This document shows, piece by piece, positions 25,703 through 37,528 of a stretch of DNA of 64,000 nt. Made by a program: the position numbers and the translations under genes. The stretch's first letter is position 1. Each line of letters opens with the position of its first letter. Source of the DNA: Plasmodiophora brassicae. Taxonomy: Eukaryota. The notes below the pieces were generated by a model. It was not told the DNA's origin. It saw only the letters and a list, made by a program, of their open reading frames with translations, and made no database searches. Location: positions 806,001-870,000 of the forward strand of contig CP145416.1 in NCBI GenBank assembly GCA_036867785.1, written 5' to 3'.

Positions 25703-28263
25703 ATGGATCGTCATGCAACGACGACCGCCGAACGAGCGTCGTTCCTGGCGCGTTACCCCGGGTACAATGCCGACATTGAGCAGTTCAGGCGGGAGCGCAT
25801 GCGGCAGATGGATGCCGATGGCGCGATCGTCTACCTCGACTAGTGTGTCCATCGTCGTTTCTATGTGGTGGCCGGCAGCCTAGGTAGCTAAAGTGTGGGC
25901 GCTGTCCAGTGCCGGATTCGCACCGTTTACCGATGATCTTGCCGATGCGCATTGCTCGTCGCTCAAGTCGAGGCAGTGGGCGAATCCCCATTCGGTCGGA
26001 GTGATCGGGGCCGCCGTTACCGAACGGGTCGACCGTGCCCGTCACCGGATCCTGCGTAAGATAACGACTTCGTTTGCGATGTATCACCCGATTCACGCCA
26101 AACCTGTTCGTAGACATGCTGAATGTCACGTCGGCATCGCATACGGTCATCTTTGCGGCGGGGGCGACAGCCGCACTGAAGCTCGTCGGCGAAACGTTCC
26201 CATGGAGCGCATCGTCGACGTTCGCCTACACGCAGTTGAATCACAATAGCGTTCTTGGTATTCGGGAGTACGCGCTGGCAAACGGGGCTACTGCCGCCTG
26301 CCTGAGCGATGATTACCGGGTCCTTGCCAGCTTTCGCTCCAGTGCACGGTCATCGTCCAAGACGACGACGCCATCGGTGTCGCTGATGGCGCTCCCTGCT
26401 GAATGCAATTTCTCTGGTATCCGGCCACATCTCGACGATATCAACCGGATGAAGACGAAAACGATCCGGCTTCCCGGTGCAGGCACGGATTACATGATCT
26501 TACTGGACGCGTCGAAGTACTGTGCCACGGCAGCGTTAGACTTATCTGCTGTCCAAGCTGACTTCACCGTCGTCTCGTTCTACAAAATGTTTGGAGTGCG
26601 TTGGCCGTTTCCTTCAGGATGCTTGGCCACATCTAACTGTCGTCCTGTGGATAGCTTCCTACAGGGTTGGGTGCACTGATTGTTCGCAACGACGCAGTGT
26701 CGTGCCTGACCGAGAAGCGATACTTTGGCGGTGGAACGCTTGATGCTGTTTCCGTTCTGGATGGGTTTCGTGCGTTCAAGTCTGACACGTCATCGCGCTT
26801 CGAAGACGGCACGGTCCCGTTTACGCTCATTGACGCTGTCTGCGATGGGATCGACCTTCTTGTTGATGAGTTGGGCCTGTCTCGGATCGGGCCGCACTGC
26901 TCGGCCCTGACCGCGTACACAGTTTTGACGATGCGAGGCCTACGCCACGCGAACGGCAGGCCTGTATTTACTGTGTTCGGCGACCATTTGACTGGAGAGT
27001 CGCAGTCAGGTCCAACGATTAGCTTCACTGTGTTGGGTTCCGATGGCGATACAATTGGACATGTGTACGTTGCACGTCTCGCTGCTCTGTGTGGGATTCA
27101 GGTTCGCGCGGGCTGCTTCTGTAATGCAGGCGCGTGTCAACGGTTTCTCGGTCTTTCGACGGATGATATACGAGCGCATCTCGCTCGTGGGCATGTATGT
27201 GGCGATGACGTCGACGTTATTGACGGTCGGCCCACAGGTTGCGTTCGAATCTCTTTCGGCTACGCTTCGACATATCCGTCAGCTTTCGGAACCCGCCATT
27301 TGAGCGTGCTTCGTTTCCTGATGATGTGCCTGTTTCATAGGGATGTTGCAGCATGGTTTCAGTTTGTGCGGACGTATCTCGTCAAAGGCGACATTGAAAG
27401 GCCCGTCTCTGGCAATTGGGCCCCGAAAGCAACAACTGTCGTCAAGTCGTTGACGTTCTATCCGGTGAAATCCTGTGGTCCTGTCAATGTCGCTGATTGG
27501 AGCGTCATGTCCAATGGAGCTCTCCAGTTGTAAGTTCTACTTCGATCGGCGGATCTGTACTGCGCTGACACAACGTCGTAGTGATCGGCAATGGGTGGTC
27601 GTTGGTAGCGAAGGGAGGGTGATGACGCAAAGTCATTGCAAGGCCATGAGGAACGTCTTCCCTAGTGTCGACATGACACGTGGCGAACTTGTTCTTCGCT
27701 GTGACGGCCTACCTGTGTTCGCCGTGCCATTGACAGAGGCGCAAGGGCCCGCTATAGACATTCGCGTCTGTGGACAACGGCGTTCTGCTGCGTTGCTGGA
27801 ATCGTCTCAGGCATGGCTTACAAAAGCGATTGGTATACCGTGCACCCTTGCCAGGGTCATGGACGGCGCTGATGACAACGACATGCTTCTCGTTTCGCAA
27901 AGCAGCGTCGCCTGGTTGTCCCAGAACTCAGGCCATGTTTGGTCTGCTCAGCAGTTCCGGCCAAACATTGTTGTTGACGGCCCTGTTCCGGCATTCGCGG
28001 AAGAAGGCTGGCAAGAGATCATCCTCGGCGACCACTTGCGGTTCGAAGTTGTTAAGCGGTGCACCCGGTGCACAATGATTGGTACGCAGTCGTACCAGGA
28101 GCTGTGCCGGCTTCGACATAAACCCCAGGTACGACAATACTCTGTACGGTGCCTCGTGTATCTGATGTACGAACAGTTTGGCGTCCTGGTTAGCGTTGCT
28201 GCAGATCACCTGGCCGGCCGTTCGGGAACGATTTCAACTGCCATGCCTGTAACTCAGGTCTAA
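25703..28263 (+). CDS. MOCOS: Molybdenum cofactor sulfurase (NifS-like + MOSC)
   Basis: VYLD, NPHS, GATAALKLVGE.FPW, NHNSVLGIRE, SFYKMFG.PTGLG, FEDGT, GCFCN.GACQ, YPVKSC and FRPNIVV. Confidence 0.93.
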
Positions 28264-28371
28264 ACTTCCATAATATTTTGAAGTGAGATGCCCCGTCTGT
28301 TCGGTCCGTCTGCGGGCAATAGCACTAACATCTCCACAATTCATTACGGATGCGAAACATCGAATGCTTGG

Positions 28372-29051
28372 TTATTTATCGTCACGAATGACCAAGCGCA
28401 TCTTCGTGGACCGCTTCAGCGTCCCGCGTAGCTCGCTTGTCAGCAATGTTGGTATGACTGCGTTCCAGAAACGCAGGTGCAGTTTAGATGGCGCCTGAAG
28501 CCACAGGGTCCATTCGTTCTGGTCATCACCGATCACCAGACCGAACGCCTTGGGCCATATTGCCTTTCGTATATGACCTCGTATGTCTTCCAGGGCAACT
28601 GGGCGGCAGGCGCTGGTCAGTACGGCTGCTGCGCGACGGGAGCAGTGCGTTTACCTTCTAGATCCTTATCTGGCCTCGCCAGTGCGAATCGTTGGTTGTC
28701 CAAAGAAAGCCGGAACAACGAGAAGGTCGCGGTTCCTGTTTGCCGAAGTGGCAGGCCGGCATGCAGTATGGCCATGGCGTCGAACGGTGTCTCGACTGGA
28801 AACCAGGTCATATTCGGCTCTCCATCCCGGACGCTGTGCCTCCGCTTGTGCACGGGTGGCTCCAGCTTCGTCAGCAGCGTCTGGCTCGCGTCGCCCGCCG
28901 ATCTCGCCCGGCGCTGCAGTCCCGGCAGTACCAACCCCGCTCGCTCGTGCGTCTCCGAGAACGGATCAATCGACGGGGCACGCTGGCGCGCCCCGTCGAA
29001 CAGCAACTCGTCGTCGCTGGGCGACACCGGCGACCCTGGCTGCCGTTCCAT
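28372..29051 (-). CDS. Hypothetical protein with a possible C-terminal PH-like domain
   Basis: A disordered N-terminus is followed by FRLSLDNQRF, an intron, then VALEDIR...FGLVI...TLWLQAPS..HLRFWNAVI (strands plus a W-bearing helix). Confidence 0.5.
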
Positions 29052-29279
29052 TGGCGCCCCTTGGATTGAATCCCGAATGGTGCAAAATTATCAATGTCTT
29101 CACCCGACCGGCGGGACTGCCAAACCAGTCACCTGGGTTGGGTTGCGCTGCACCATGTACTACTTATAGACCGTGCAGGGGGGATATATCATGACGGGGA
29201 GCACGGCCTGGCCCAGGGCGGCCGGGGAGGCCGTGCCACGGAGTTGGAACGCGTCGCGCTGCTGGGACGAACGCCCGCG

Positions 29280-29886
29280 ATGCATTCGGTGTGGGCGCGC
29301 GGCAATGCCATCTTCTTCTACATGCTGTCGGCGATGGCCGCCGTCGCCATCCTCTGCGACCTGTCGACGACGGTCATCGAGCGGGGCAAACCGATCACAA
29401 AGATCCCCGATGTGAAGATCACGTCGCTGTATGGCGATGGGTCGCTTTCTTCGTCGCAGTGCCTAACCAGCAGCGTATAGGAAACACAAGCAGGGTAGCT
29501 ATTTCACGTTCGAGGAAGCTAAAGTGAGGTTCGGATTGGATTATGATTTCACCCGCATGTTCCACTGGAACGTCAAGCAACTGTTCGTGTACGTCCTGGC
29601 GTCGTACACCAGCCCGACCGGCGTCGACAACAATGTCGTCATCTGGGATCAGATCATACCGCGCATCGGACGCCACGACGTGCATATCGACTGGCAGACG
29701 CCCGAGTACAAACTGTACGACGTCCTGTCCGAACTGAGCGAGGCCAACCTGACCTTGTCCGTCAACTGGGACGTCATGCCCAGCGTCGGCCTCATTCACG
29801 GGCACCAAGGGCACTCCCACACGATCCAGTTGCCTGAGGTTGAAAACCCGCCCAAGTCCAAGTCCAGCAAGCGGTCACGAAACTGA
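29280..29886 (+). CDS. SPCS3: Signal peptidase complex subunit 3
   Basis: MHS...RGN, FHWNVKQLFVYV, VVIWDQII and WDVMP.VG, with one intron. Confidence 0.92.
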
Positions 29887-29961
29887 CGCACCTACGAATA
29901 CATCATGTCCGAGCCTGGCCAGTCGACGTTTAAATAACCAGTTTTCATTTGTCATTTGTTT

Positions 29962-30390
29962 CTATTGTTGGAAAGCGCGACAGAATCGATGAACGCTTGC
30001 CCAGTGCCGCACACGGTCGTCGTCAGCTGGTTCGCAGGGTGGCGGCGGCGCTGACGTGGACGCAGGAGCGGCGGGTTGTTTGCACACCGCGCGAATCAGC
30101 CCGTCATGGTTGTCGATACGCGCAGCAAGCGCCTTGATTGCATCGCGGTGCTCGTTGACCGTCGACCGGATCGCCTGGAGGTCGCTCCGGATTCCGGCCA
30201 GGTCGTTGTCGCGAACATCGAGCCGCCGCCCGAGCGTGTCGACCGCGTCCGCTAGGTCACACGCATCATTCGGCGTCGGATCTTGCTCGACCTTGGACCA
30301 CTGCTGCCGTCGGCGAGGGCCTGCGTTCGTATCCAGAGGGCGCAGCGGCGAACGCACCGGGTTGCCGCGCTGACTCTGCGCTCTTACCAT
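29962..30390 (-). CDS. Small coiled-coil hypothetical protein
   Basis: Open frame with a heptad pattern (LADAVDTLGRRLDVRDNDLAGIRSDLQAI). Confidence 0.5.
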   Translation of the reverse strand: MVRAQSQRGNPVRSPLRPLDTNAGPRRRQQWSKVEQDPTPNDACDLADAVDTLGRRLDVRDNDLAGIRSDLQAIRSTVNEHRDAIKALAARIDNHDGLIRAVCKQPAAPASTSAPPPPCEPADDDRVRHWASVHRFCRAFQQ

Positions 30391-30603
30391 TTTGGATCCC
30401 AGCAGCGATGTAGTGAGAGGGGAACCGGGCCACACGTCGAAGGTCCCGAGCAGATACGCAACCGTCACAGACACAGCCAGGCTCGCACATGGTGTCGCTC
30501 TCTCTCACTCTCGCTCTTGATCTTCCGCCCTACGCAGGTAGTCGACCGCTTGTATTGTACCCTTGCGCATGTCACGTACCTCCCGTTCGGTGCCGTTTGC
30601 AAT

Positions 30604-31386
30604 GGGCGGAATCGAACCGAACCGGCCGAACCAGGCGCAGCTCGGTTCGAGAGTTTCGTTGTGGTTCGGTTCGGTACACCCCGGAACCGGTTCCGAGCCG
30701 GGTGCGGGACCTGGATAGCGTTGCTGCGGACGGTAGAAAACCGTCAGTGGAACCACGGTTCAAACCGGTTCGGGGCCTCCGCCGCCCACAGCGCAGCTGC
30801 CCAGAGCCGCCTCCACCCTGGCCGGCTACCCCTCCCACCCCAGACCACTGGCCACCGGGCCGCGTCACCGCCTCTCCCTACAGTCCTTTCGTGCTCTTGT
30901 TCGGGATTCTTCCCCGAAGTACCTACCGCCAGCATCGTTACTCGGCGTTCTTTCCGTGGCGATGTCCGTCAGCAGCGGTTCGTCGTCGTCCTCCCACGAG
31001 CGATGTTGCCCTCACGATCAACGTGCCCTGCCGCAAATTTATGGATATGTTCGATCCTCAGGAATTACGGGCCCGCCTAACAGTCATCCAGGAGGAGCTT
31101 GATGACGGGGTCGCTCCTTGCGAGCTCACGGGCTGCGACTGATAATGCAAACCGCGGTTGAGTTGGTCCGGTTGACGTGGTTCGGTTTCGTTTCGGTTCG
31201 GTTGGGGGGTCGCTGGTTCGGTTCGGTTCCTGGTTCATAAGTCTCATGACGGTCTGGTTCGGTTCAGTTCGGTCCCGCTCGGTTCAGTTCAGTTCAGTTC
31301 GGTTCAGTTCGGCTCAGTTCGGTTCGGTTCCGTTCGGTTCGGACACCACCCGTTCCGAACCAAACCGAAGCACGCCGACCCCTAGC
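30604..31386. mobile_element. Non-autonomous hAT/MITE-like relic with GGTTC/GAACC subterminal repeats
   Basis: Dense (G/A)GTTC pentamers at 30610-30775 and 31160-31370. It ends in GCCGACCCCTAG, the complement of a TAGGG-type terminus. No matching left TIR was found. Confidence 0.5.
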
Positions 31387-31621
31387 TAGGACTGTCCGTT
31401 GGCGGGATGGCCCCTGTCGAGTGTGGCCCTGGCCAAAATTGGTGTGTTCCGTCGAGCGCCTTTCCGTGCGGGTCAGGTTTCGCAAGAAGCTGCGGTAAAG
31501 TAAACAACGCATTACTATTAATACAATACATGTCATCTTGTTATCGCATATTAATTTAATATGGTTATGATTCACCTGCAAGTCAAGCTAAGAGGAATTA
31601 CTAGAACTGTATAGAATATGC

Positions 31622-32544
31622 TTATGCACGACGAAGCATGGTCATGGTATCTGGTAGCGGGTCTTCTACGAGTTTGAGTTGGACGAGATTCGCGCACGCG
31701 CAAAAGATGATTCGGTGACGTTTCCTGGTATGTCGAAATGACAGTCGTAGACAACCGAAGTCTTTGAACCGCTTATTGACCATCTCGTGACGTGCTTGGA
31801 TGAGTTTTAACTCCCGGTTGAGACGTCTGTCCCTAGAATTTAAAGGATGCTCGATCGGCGTGAAGAAATGCGTTCGATGATCTCTATAACCCTTATCTGC
31901 GGATGGCATTTCGCCTGGAAGCAGTTTCGGGACCGTGCAGTGACGAGCTAGCCTCAAGTCGGGTCAGGACCCAGCAGGAACGCCTCCGGCCACATGGACA
32001 ATCTTCGATACGCCAAGAGCGCAACCGACTTCATAACGTAGACCAGCATGGTTGAGTTTGTGCGACATATCTCCCCGATCAAAAACGGTCTGCTCGAACA
32101 CCCAACAGTCCGTCCCGTCAAGACTGAATGAAGGGACTAGGCGATCCCAGTTCTCGAAGCGGTCCTCCCATTTGATCTGATTTTCTTGTCAGAACCCACA
32201 TATACGTTCAGCGCTATGGTGACGTTTACGTAGTCCAATGCCGCGATGCGCTCGATAACGAACCATGCCCATTTTCGAAACGTCTTTGCAGTAACACCGA
32301 ACTTCGGTGCTGCAACTTCTTCGGAGGGATAGCACTGGAGCATGTGCAGCGCCATCAAAAGGTGCTTACGTCGCAGCCCACGAGGTCCTCGGATGTCCAG
32401 CCATACGCGCAGGCAGGCGCGGAGACTCACACCAAAGTGCGCTTTCCATTTGCGCTTCCAAGCTGGTTTCTGGTACGATTCTGGCCGTGCATGAAATAGC
32501 TGCGATGCATATTCGACAAACCACGCAGCCTCGCCTGACGCCAT
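31622..32544 (-). pseudogene. DDE_Tnp_4/Harbinger-type transposase with one in-frame stop
   Basis: HTH region HLLMALHML..Y..E.....FGV..KTFRKW, an intron at 32177-32229, and the triad DGTD / ADKGY / RHEMVN. A TGA at 31964-31966 interrupts GS*PDL. Confidence 0.85.
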
Positions 32545-32638
32545 GGCAAAGCCTACCACCAGAAGACAGGCGCGCCGCGTCCGCACAATTTCTAGAGTCT
32601 ACGGATAGCCGCTACGTCCTAGGCTACGCATACTGTTG

Positions 32639-32695
32639 CGACTGAAACGACCGGTCGCGACTGCAAAAACCAGTCGCGACCGGTCGTTTCAGTCG
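32639..32695. repeat. Perfect hairpin, 25-bp stem with 7-nt loop
   Basis: CGACTGAAACGACCGGTCGCGACTG-caaaaac-CAGTCGCGACCGGTCGTTTCAGTCG. Confidence 0.95.
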
Positions 32696-32940
32696 TGCCC
32701 GTCGCGACTGCCATTCGGACAACAATAGCAGCAGCCACATTGTCACGTTGATCATGGAATGGGAAATACATGGTGGTCCCCCAGCAGCCGTAACGCATGC
32801 ACGTATCGGTTCGTCATTGCAACACTTATTGCGCGAGTAAATTTCGAAAAACTTGTACGTGGTCCCGTGCACATGTCTGCCGAAGCTGAACATCACACCC
32901 ATTCGAGGTCGCGAGATATGGCCGATCAAAGTTTTGGACA

Positions 32941-33004
32941 AACAGTCGCGACCGGTTTTGGCAGTCGCGACCGGTCGCGACTGCCAAAACCGGTCGCGAC
33001 TGTT
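32941..33004. repeat. Perfect 64-bp palindrome built from GTCGCGAC units
   Basis: The sequence equals its own reverse complement over 32941-33004. Confidence 0.95.
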
Positions 33005-33219
33005 CGCCGCCTGTACCTGCTATATTTGGCCTCTTGCTCTGGACGCGACTCGGATCGGGGGAGCTAAAACGGGGAGGCTAGGTGACAGCGCCAACTTTGA
33101 ATTAGGGGGTCCATCATCCATGTCATGCGGCTCGGGAAGCGCAAATATGGGCGATCGGGAAGTGTGGGACTGCCAGTGCAGGAGTGCGCATCGCTATACG
33201 TGGTTGCTGGCCGGTCAAC

Positions 33220-34078
33220 ATGACGCAGAGACGTCGCAGCAACAACTTGACAACTGCCTGGACAGCGTATCATGACCAGGCATTGCCCCGAATCCTCGTG
33301 GACCTCGGCGACGGAGTAGACCGCTCCAAGGTCACCGGGGCCGCAGTAAAGCAGCACGATCTTCAATTCGACCGCCTTGACAGCAGCCTCCTGAACCGGA
33401 AGATTCGGGAGTACCGAAAGCGATCTACAAGTAACGGTCGGTGTATATTCCCGTCCAGGCCGTGATCGCTCTAATATGTGGTTGTTTCTAGCTGCGGCGC
33501 ATAGGATGGTGGGTGCTGACGACGATGAAGCAGAAGACGACCGTAGTACGGATACCCCTCTTGTCATTGGCAAGTCCAGTCACCCAAAGCCGCCGGTGGA
33601 CGACGACGACGTCATTCATGACCTCCCTGCTTCGAAGCGTACGAGGACGGGCCTGAGTGGCTTCGAGTCCAACCTGCGCCTCTTCGAGGTCGTATGGTGG
33701 ACCTCGGGTACCAGGGCCAGCATATTTCTTTCGATGGTGGCGAACCATCTGATCGAGTACGCCGTCGAATCCAGCGGTCGTGCGCTGGTCGTCACGTACA
33801 CGCAGAAGAACGTCGACCCGGAGTTCTACATCAACCAGACGATGAAATCCAACGTCCTAAAGTACGAGGAGTCGAAGTCAATCCTTCACGACTTCGAGGG
33901 CAAGGAGCAGGAGAGGTTCACGGTTCGCATTCCGTTACCAAAGAAGGTTGAGCCGGACGTGGATGAACGTTACATATTTAACGAGAATGGGCCACAGTAC
34001 CCTGTGGTGCTCCAGTTGACGTTGACCGCAGTAAAACTGGCCCAGTATGGGGTAGCTTCCCAGGTACAGGCGTTGTGA
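33220..34078 (+). CDS. Transposon second gene: Myb/SANT-like N-terminus, acidic linker and beta-rich C-terminal domain
   Basis: Exon 1 reads AWTAYHDQALPRIL...LLNRKIREYRKR. An in-frame intron at ~33437-33500 leads into exon 2 (part of ORF 33476-34078). The gene lies inside the TIRs. Confidence 0.6.
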
Positions 34079-34165
34079 CCTGGGGTTCTCTTCTGAGTAA
34101 AGTTATTGCATGTTTCTGTGTTATACCAAAATTACCGCAGCTTCCAACCCGTTCCCGTGCCCAAG

Positions 34166-36440
34166 ATGACGGGGATGGACGACACTGAGGTGGATTCGAC
34201 GTGCGGTAACGAGTCGTTCCTGGCGCCGTCGCCGCTGTACCGGCATGAGACGCTGGACAGCAACGTGCCGGCGGATGGGTCGTCGTGGCAGGATGTGATC
34301 CTGGCGGAGCTGACGGCGAAGGCGCCTGGGAACGCCATCGCCGCTAGGCTGCTGGATGTGATCGAGGAGTTGGCTGATGCGCTTTCGCAGCAGTCGACCA
34401 GCATGACGCCGGCGTCCCTATGCGCCCTGATATCGAATGCCATGGCGTTGACGCAGGCAGCGCAGCAGAGCCCAGCGAACGACACGGACGCGAAAGTGTT
34501 CGCCGATGCCCTTACGATAATTGCCATGCAGGCCACTCGTTGGGTCTTGCGTCACGCGCTTGAAAACCATCTCGACATTCTGGTAGCCTTGTGGCCCGAC
34601 ATTGTAACACAGGCCCTGGTTCCATCGCGATGGCCATTGCGTCTGATGTCGCGTTATAGGAATTCTGGAAAGGTCGGCTACGTGTCAGGAAGCCGCTGCG
34701 TGATCTGCTTGAACAAGGCCCAGTGAGGTGGTTCCGGTCCTTGTTTGGCTTTCCGCCTGAGCCGCCGTCAAAGCCGCGCTCAGCGGTGATGTTTCGTGGC
34801 GAATCCGAGTATCCTCGCCTGATACTTCGTTCTTTTCGCACCGGCATCAAACCGTTTATAAGCAGTGTCAGCCTGAGCGGACGTATTGACATCCAGGCGA
34901 AGGTGGCACGGCTGTGCGATTTGAAGAGGAAGCTGTTGCGACGTGCTGGGGCTTTGCACCATCACTCGTTCAGATTGAGCCGGACACAGTCAAGCAGCAT
35001 CGAGGAATGGCTGATTCCCATCCTCGATTTGTATCGCATGTGCATCGAGGCAGACCCGCCGCCAAATGCGACGACAACGAACGACGCCCTTCAGATGCTA
35101 GTCGCCATACTTGAGGCGCTACCAGCAATGAGAGACCGACTGGAAGCGGAACGTGCCGAGGTTGGTGGGCTTGCGTTGCCGTCGGTTGCTGGTGACTAAC
35201 GTGAACGCCTGCAGTTACAGCGACCTGGACACCTTCAACGCCACTGGTTGGGATACACAGTGGGTGGCATAGCGCTCCTTTTGGCAGGACGAACCGTGTA
35301 CATGCACAGGGACTGGTTTGAGAACATGTACCACAAGTTCGCCGTCGCTGCTAAAGACTTTTGGGTATGCAGTAGTCGTGTATCAGACCTGCTTTAAAGC
35401 AACGCCGCGTTTGACCCGACAGTATTCAGGTCGAACATGTGTCAGACCCGCTACATGCAATTCACAAGAGGCTTCTGAGGGATCAGCTGCCGGCTATGCG
35501 ACGAGACGAAATCCAGCAGGAACGGAAGACCCTTGAGGTGTGTGTGTTGCTGTTCTATATTCGCTCGCCCCCCCCCCCCCCCCCTAAATGGTTGCAGAGC
35601 ATGCTTCGCGAGTTTGGTATGGAGCAGCTAGACAGGAACCCGCAGTTGTTCCCACCCGGGATGAGACGTGAAGATGCCGTGGCTCAAATCGAAAAGAGTG
35701 CTGCAAGTGGCAACATGAGCCTTGTTCTAGAATCGTACAAGACAGAGGTTTCAAAGCCACTGTACGCACTCGCAGCCGGCGACCTCCTTCGCAGTATCTT
35801 AATTGTAGGTCGACCGTAACCCTTTTAGCGAACCTTGTCTCAACACGTATCGCAGCAACTGCAAAAGCTCAAAGTTGACCTCGAGACATCGCTTCTCGAG
35901 CTCGACCTGATGCTTGACCAGAACGAAATTACCCTGGACCTGATGGCGATCGCGCCGGCTGTGCTCATTGCTATGCCGCTTTTTCTTCTCATACTGATCC
36001 CTGCCAACAAACGCAGCAAGGCTGACACGGCATCCCATAAAGGTTGGCGCATGTCCCCTGCTGCGGCCTCAGCGGTCTCACATGCCCGTGCTTCCGTTCA
36101 GTGATTCGAAGGAGTGTCCACTCCATTCACCGGCTGCTCATATGCAACTACGACGCTACATCAGTGAATGGTTTCGAGTCGATCGAAGACAGTGGTAAAA
36201 TCCTGACACATGTAAGATCGGCGCCCGCCCCCTATTGTGAATCTGTGCTCATGCCTCCACTAGATCCACCGCATTAGCAAACGCGCTCAGCACCTGAGGA
36301 ACCAGAAGCTGATGCCCTACTCCTCCTTTTTCCTGCTGCGGAAGGATATCAAACGCCTGATCTCGCTGGACTTCACGGTCAACCAGAAACGCCTTCTCAT
36401 CGAGCGGATGTACGTCGTGCATCCGTTTCTCACGAGATAA
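34166..36440 (+). CDS. NCA2: NCA2/DGS1-like mitochondrial outer membrane protein
   Basis: MSLVLESY..E...PL.....GDLLRSILI|QLQKLKVD.E.....LD..L..NE, multi-exon. Confidence 0.85.
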
Positions 36441-36622
36441 ACCGTGGCAACATGTGCCTGTGCCCTACGGTTCGACATGTCGCATCGGGTGCGAACTCTG
36501 ATACATATCGACGCCCGGCCAGCTGGGTGCCCATGGGCGCAGATGAAGTTCGCACCCGATGACAACGAAGGGTGAAGCTAGCCGGGCGCGCGCCATTTAG
36601 CGAGGAGTGCGCCCCGCGCACG

Positions 36623-37528
36623 ATGCTCATCTCGATGGAGCGGTTCGCTCTGCGCCAGTTCGCCCGGGACGCCGCGCAGCAGAGTGTCGGCGTCATCGAT
36701 TTCGATCCGGACGAATTCACCAGGCGCGTCAATGAGGTCGGCGTACCTGCTTGCATGGGCCCCCCGCCCCGCCCGCCCCATCGCTGACCGAATGGTACAG
36801 ATTGTGGAGAGGCGCATGCAATCGAACCCGGATGACGTACGGCCAACCAGCGAAACGCAAGGGCATATCCAATCTGACCCCGCCTCTGTGCACAGCCGCC
36901 ATTGAAGCCCGGGTACGCGCCGTTCTGTAAGCACGTGTTCGTGGACAATTTCACGCCGGCGACCGCCTATGCGATCCCGATCACCGCCGACAACAGGCAC
37001 CTACTTCGGTAGGGCCTGTCCGGGCGACGTGCACGTCATGCTGACGGGGGCGCATTGACAGGTCCGACTATGTCGCGCGAACGCCCAAAGAGTTACCTGT
37101 CCTGCAGCGGTGGTTCCCGAAGTACAATCGCATCGGACGATGTCGTTGGCGGAGCACTACTGACGTTCGCCTGCAGAGATGCTGTGCAGCCGCCCGTAGC
37201 GAAGTACCTGGACGTCATTCTGTACAGCCGAGAGCAGATCATGAAGGAGAACGCTGGTTTGCCATGTTGACTATACCGTCATGCGCTCGTCGTCTCTGAT
37301 CTGGCGCGGCGTTCAGCAACGGGCGAGGGGAACACGATTCCGGACAGCAGCGAATGGGGCATTATATCGATCAAGGCACAGATGGTCGACGAGGAGATTC
37401 CGATGGCCCCGATTACAATGATGCGCAACGCCCTGCCGCTGAGGGAGGGCGGTTCTGGAGTCCCCTTGGACCACGACCTGTACCTGCAATCCGTACAGGT
37501 GTGGAGGACCCTGGCCACTGTTCTGTGA
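36623..37528 (+). CDS. DUF3228 family protein
   Basis: FALRQF, GYAPFCKHVFV.NFT, ELPVLQRWF, YLDVILYSREQI.KE, PITMMRNAL and GGSGVPLD. Confidence 0.85.

Larger units (their letters stand above)
31486..34144. mobile_element. PIF/Harbinger (PHIS)-like DNA transposon, 2,659 bp, with two divergent genes
   Basis: Perfect 13-bp TIRs GAAGCTGCGGTAA (31486-31498) and TTACCGCAGCTTC (34132-34144). CAA flanks both ends (31483-85, 34145-47). It encloses a transposase gene and a second gene. Confidence 0.85.

Noticed and set aside
31160-31370. GGTTC array as a CRISPR or telomeric array
   Set aside because: These are degenerate 5-mers with no unique spacers and no cas genes, in a eukaryotic context.
31964-31966. 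TGA in the transposase (and in the inverted LINE copy) as recoding or selenocysteine
   Set aside because: Host genes use TGA as a stop, and a TGG>TGA mutation in decaying elements is the simpler explanation.
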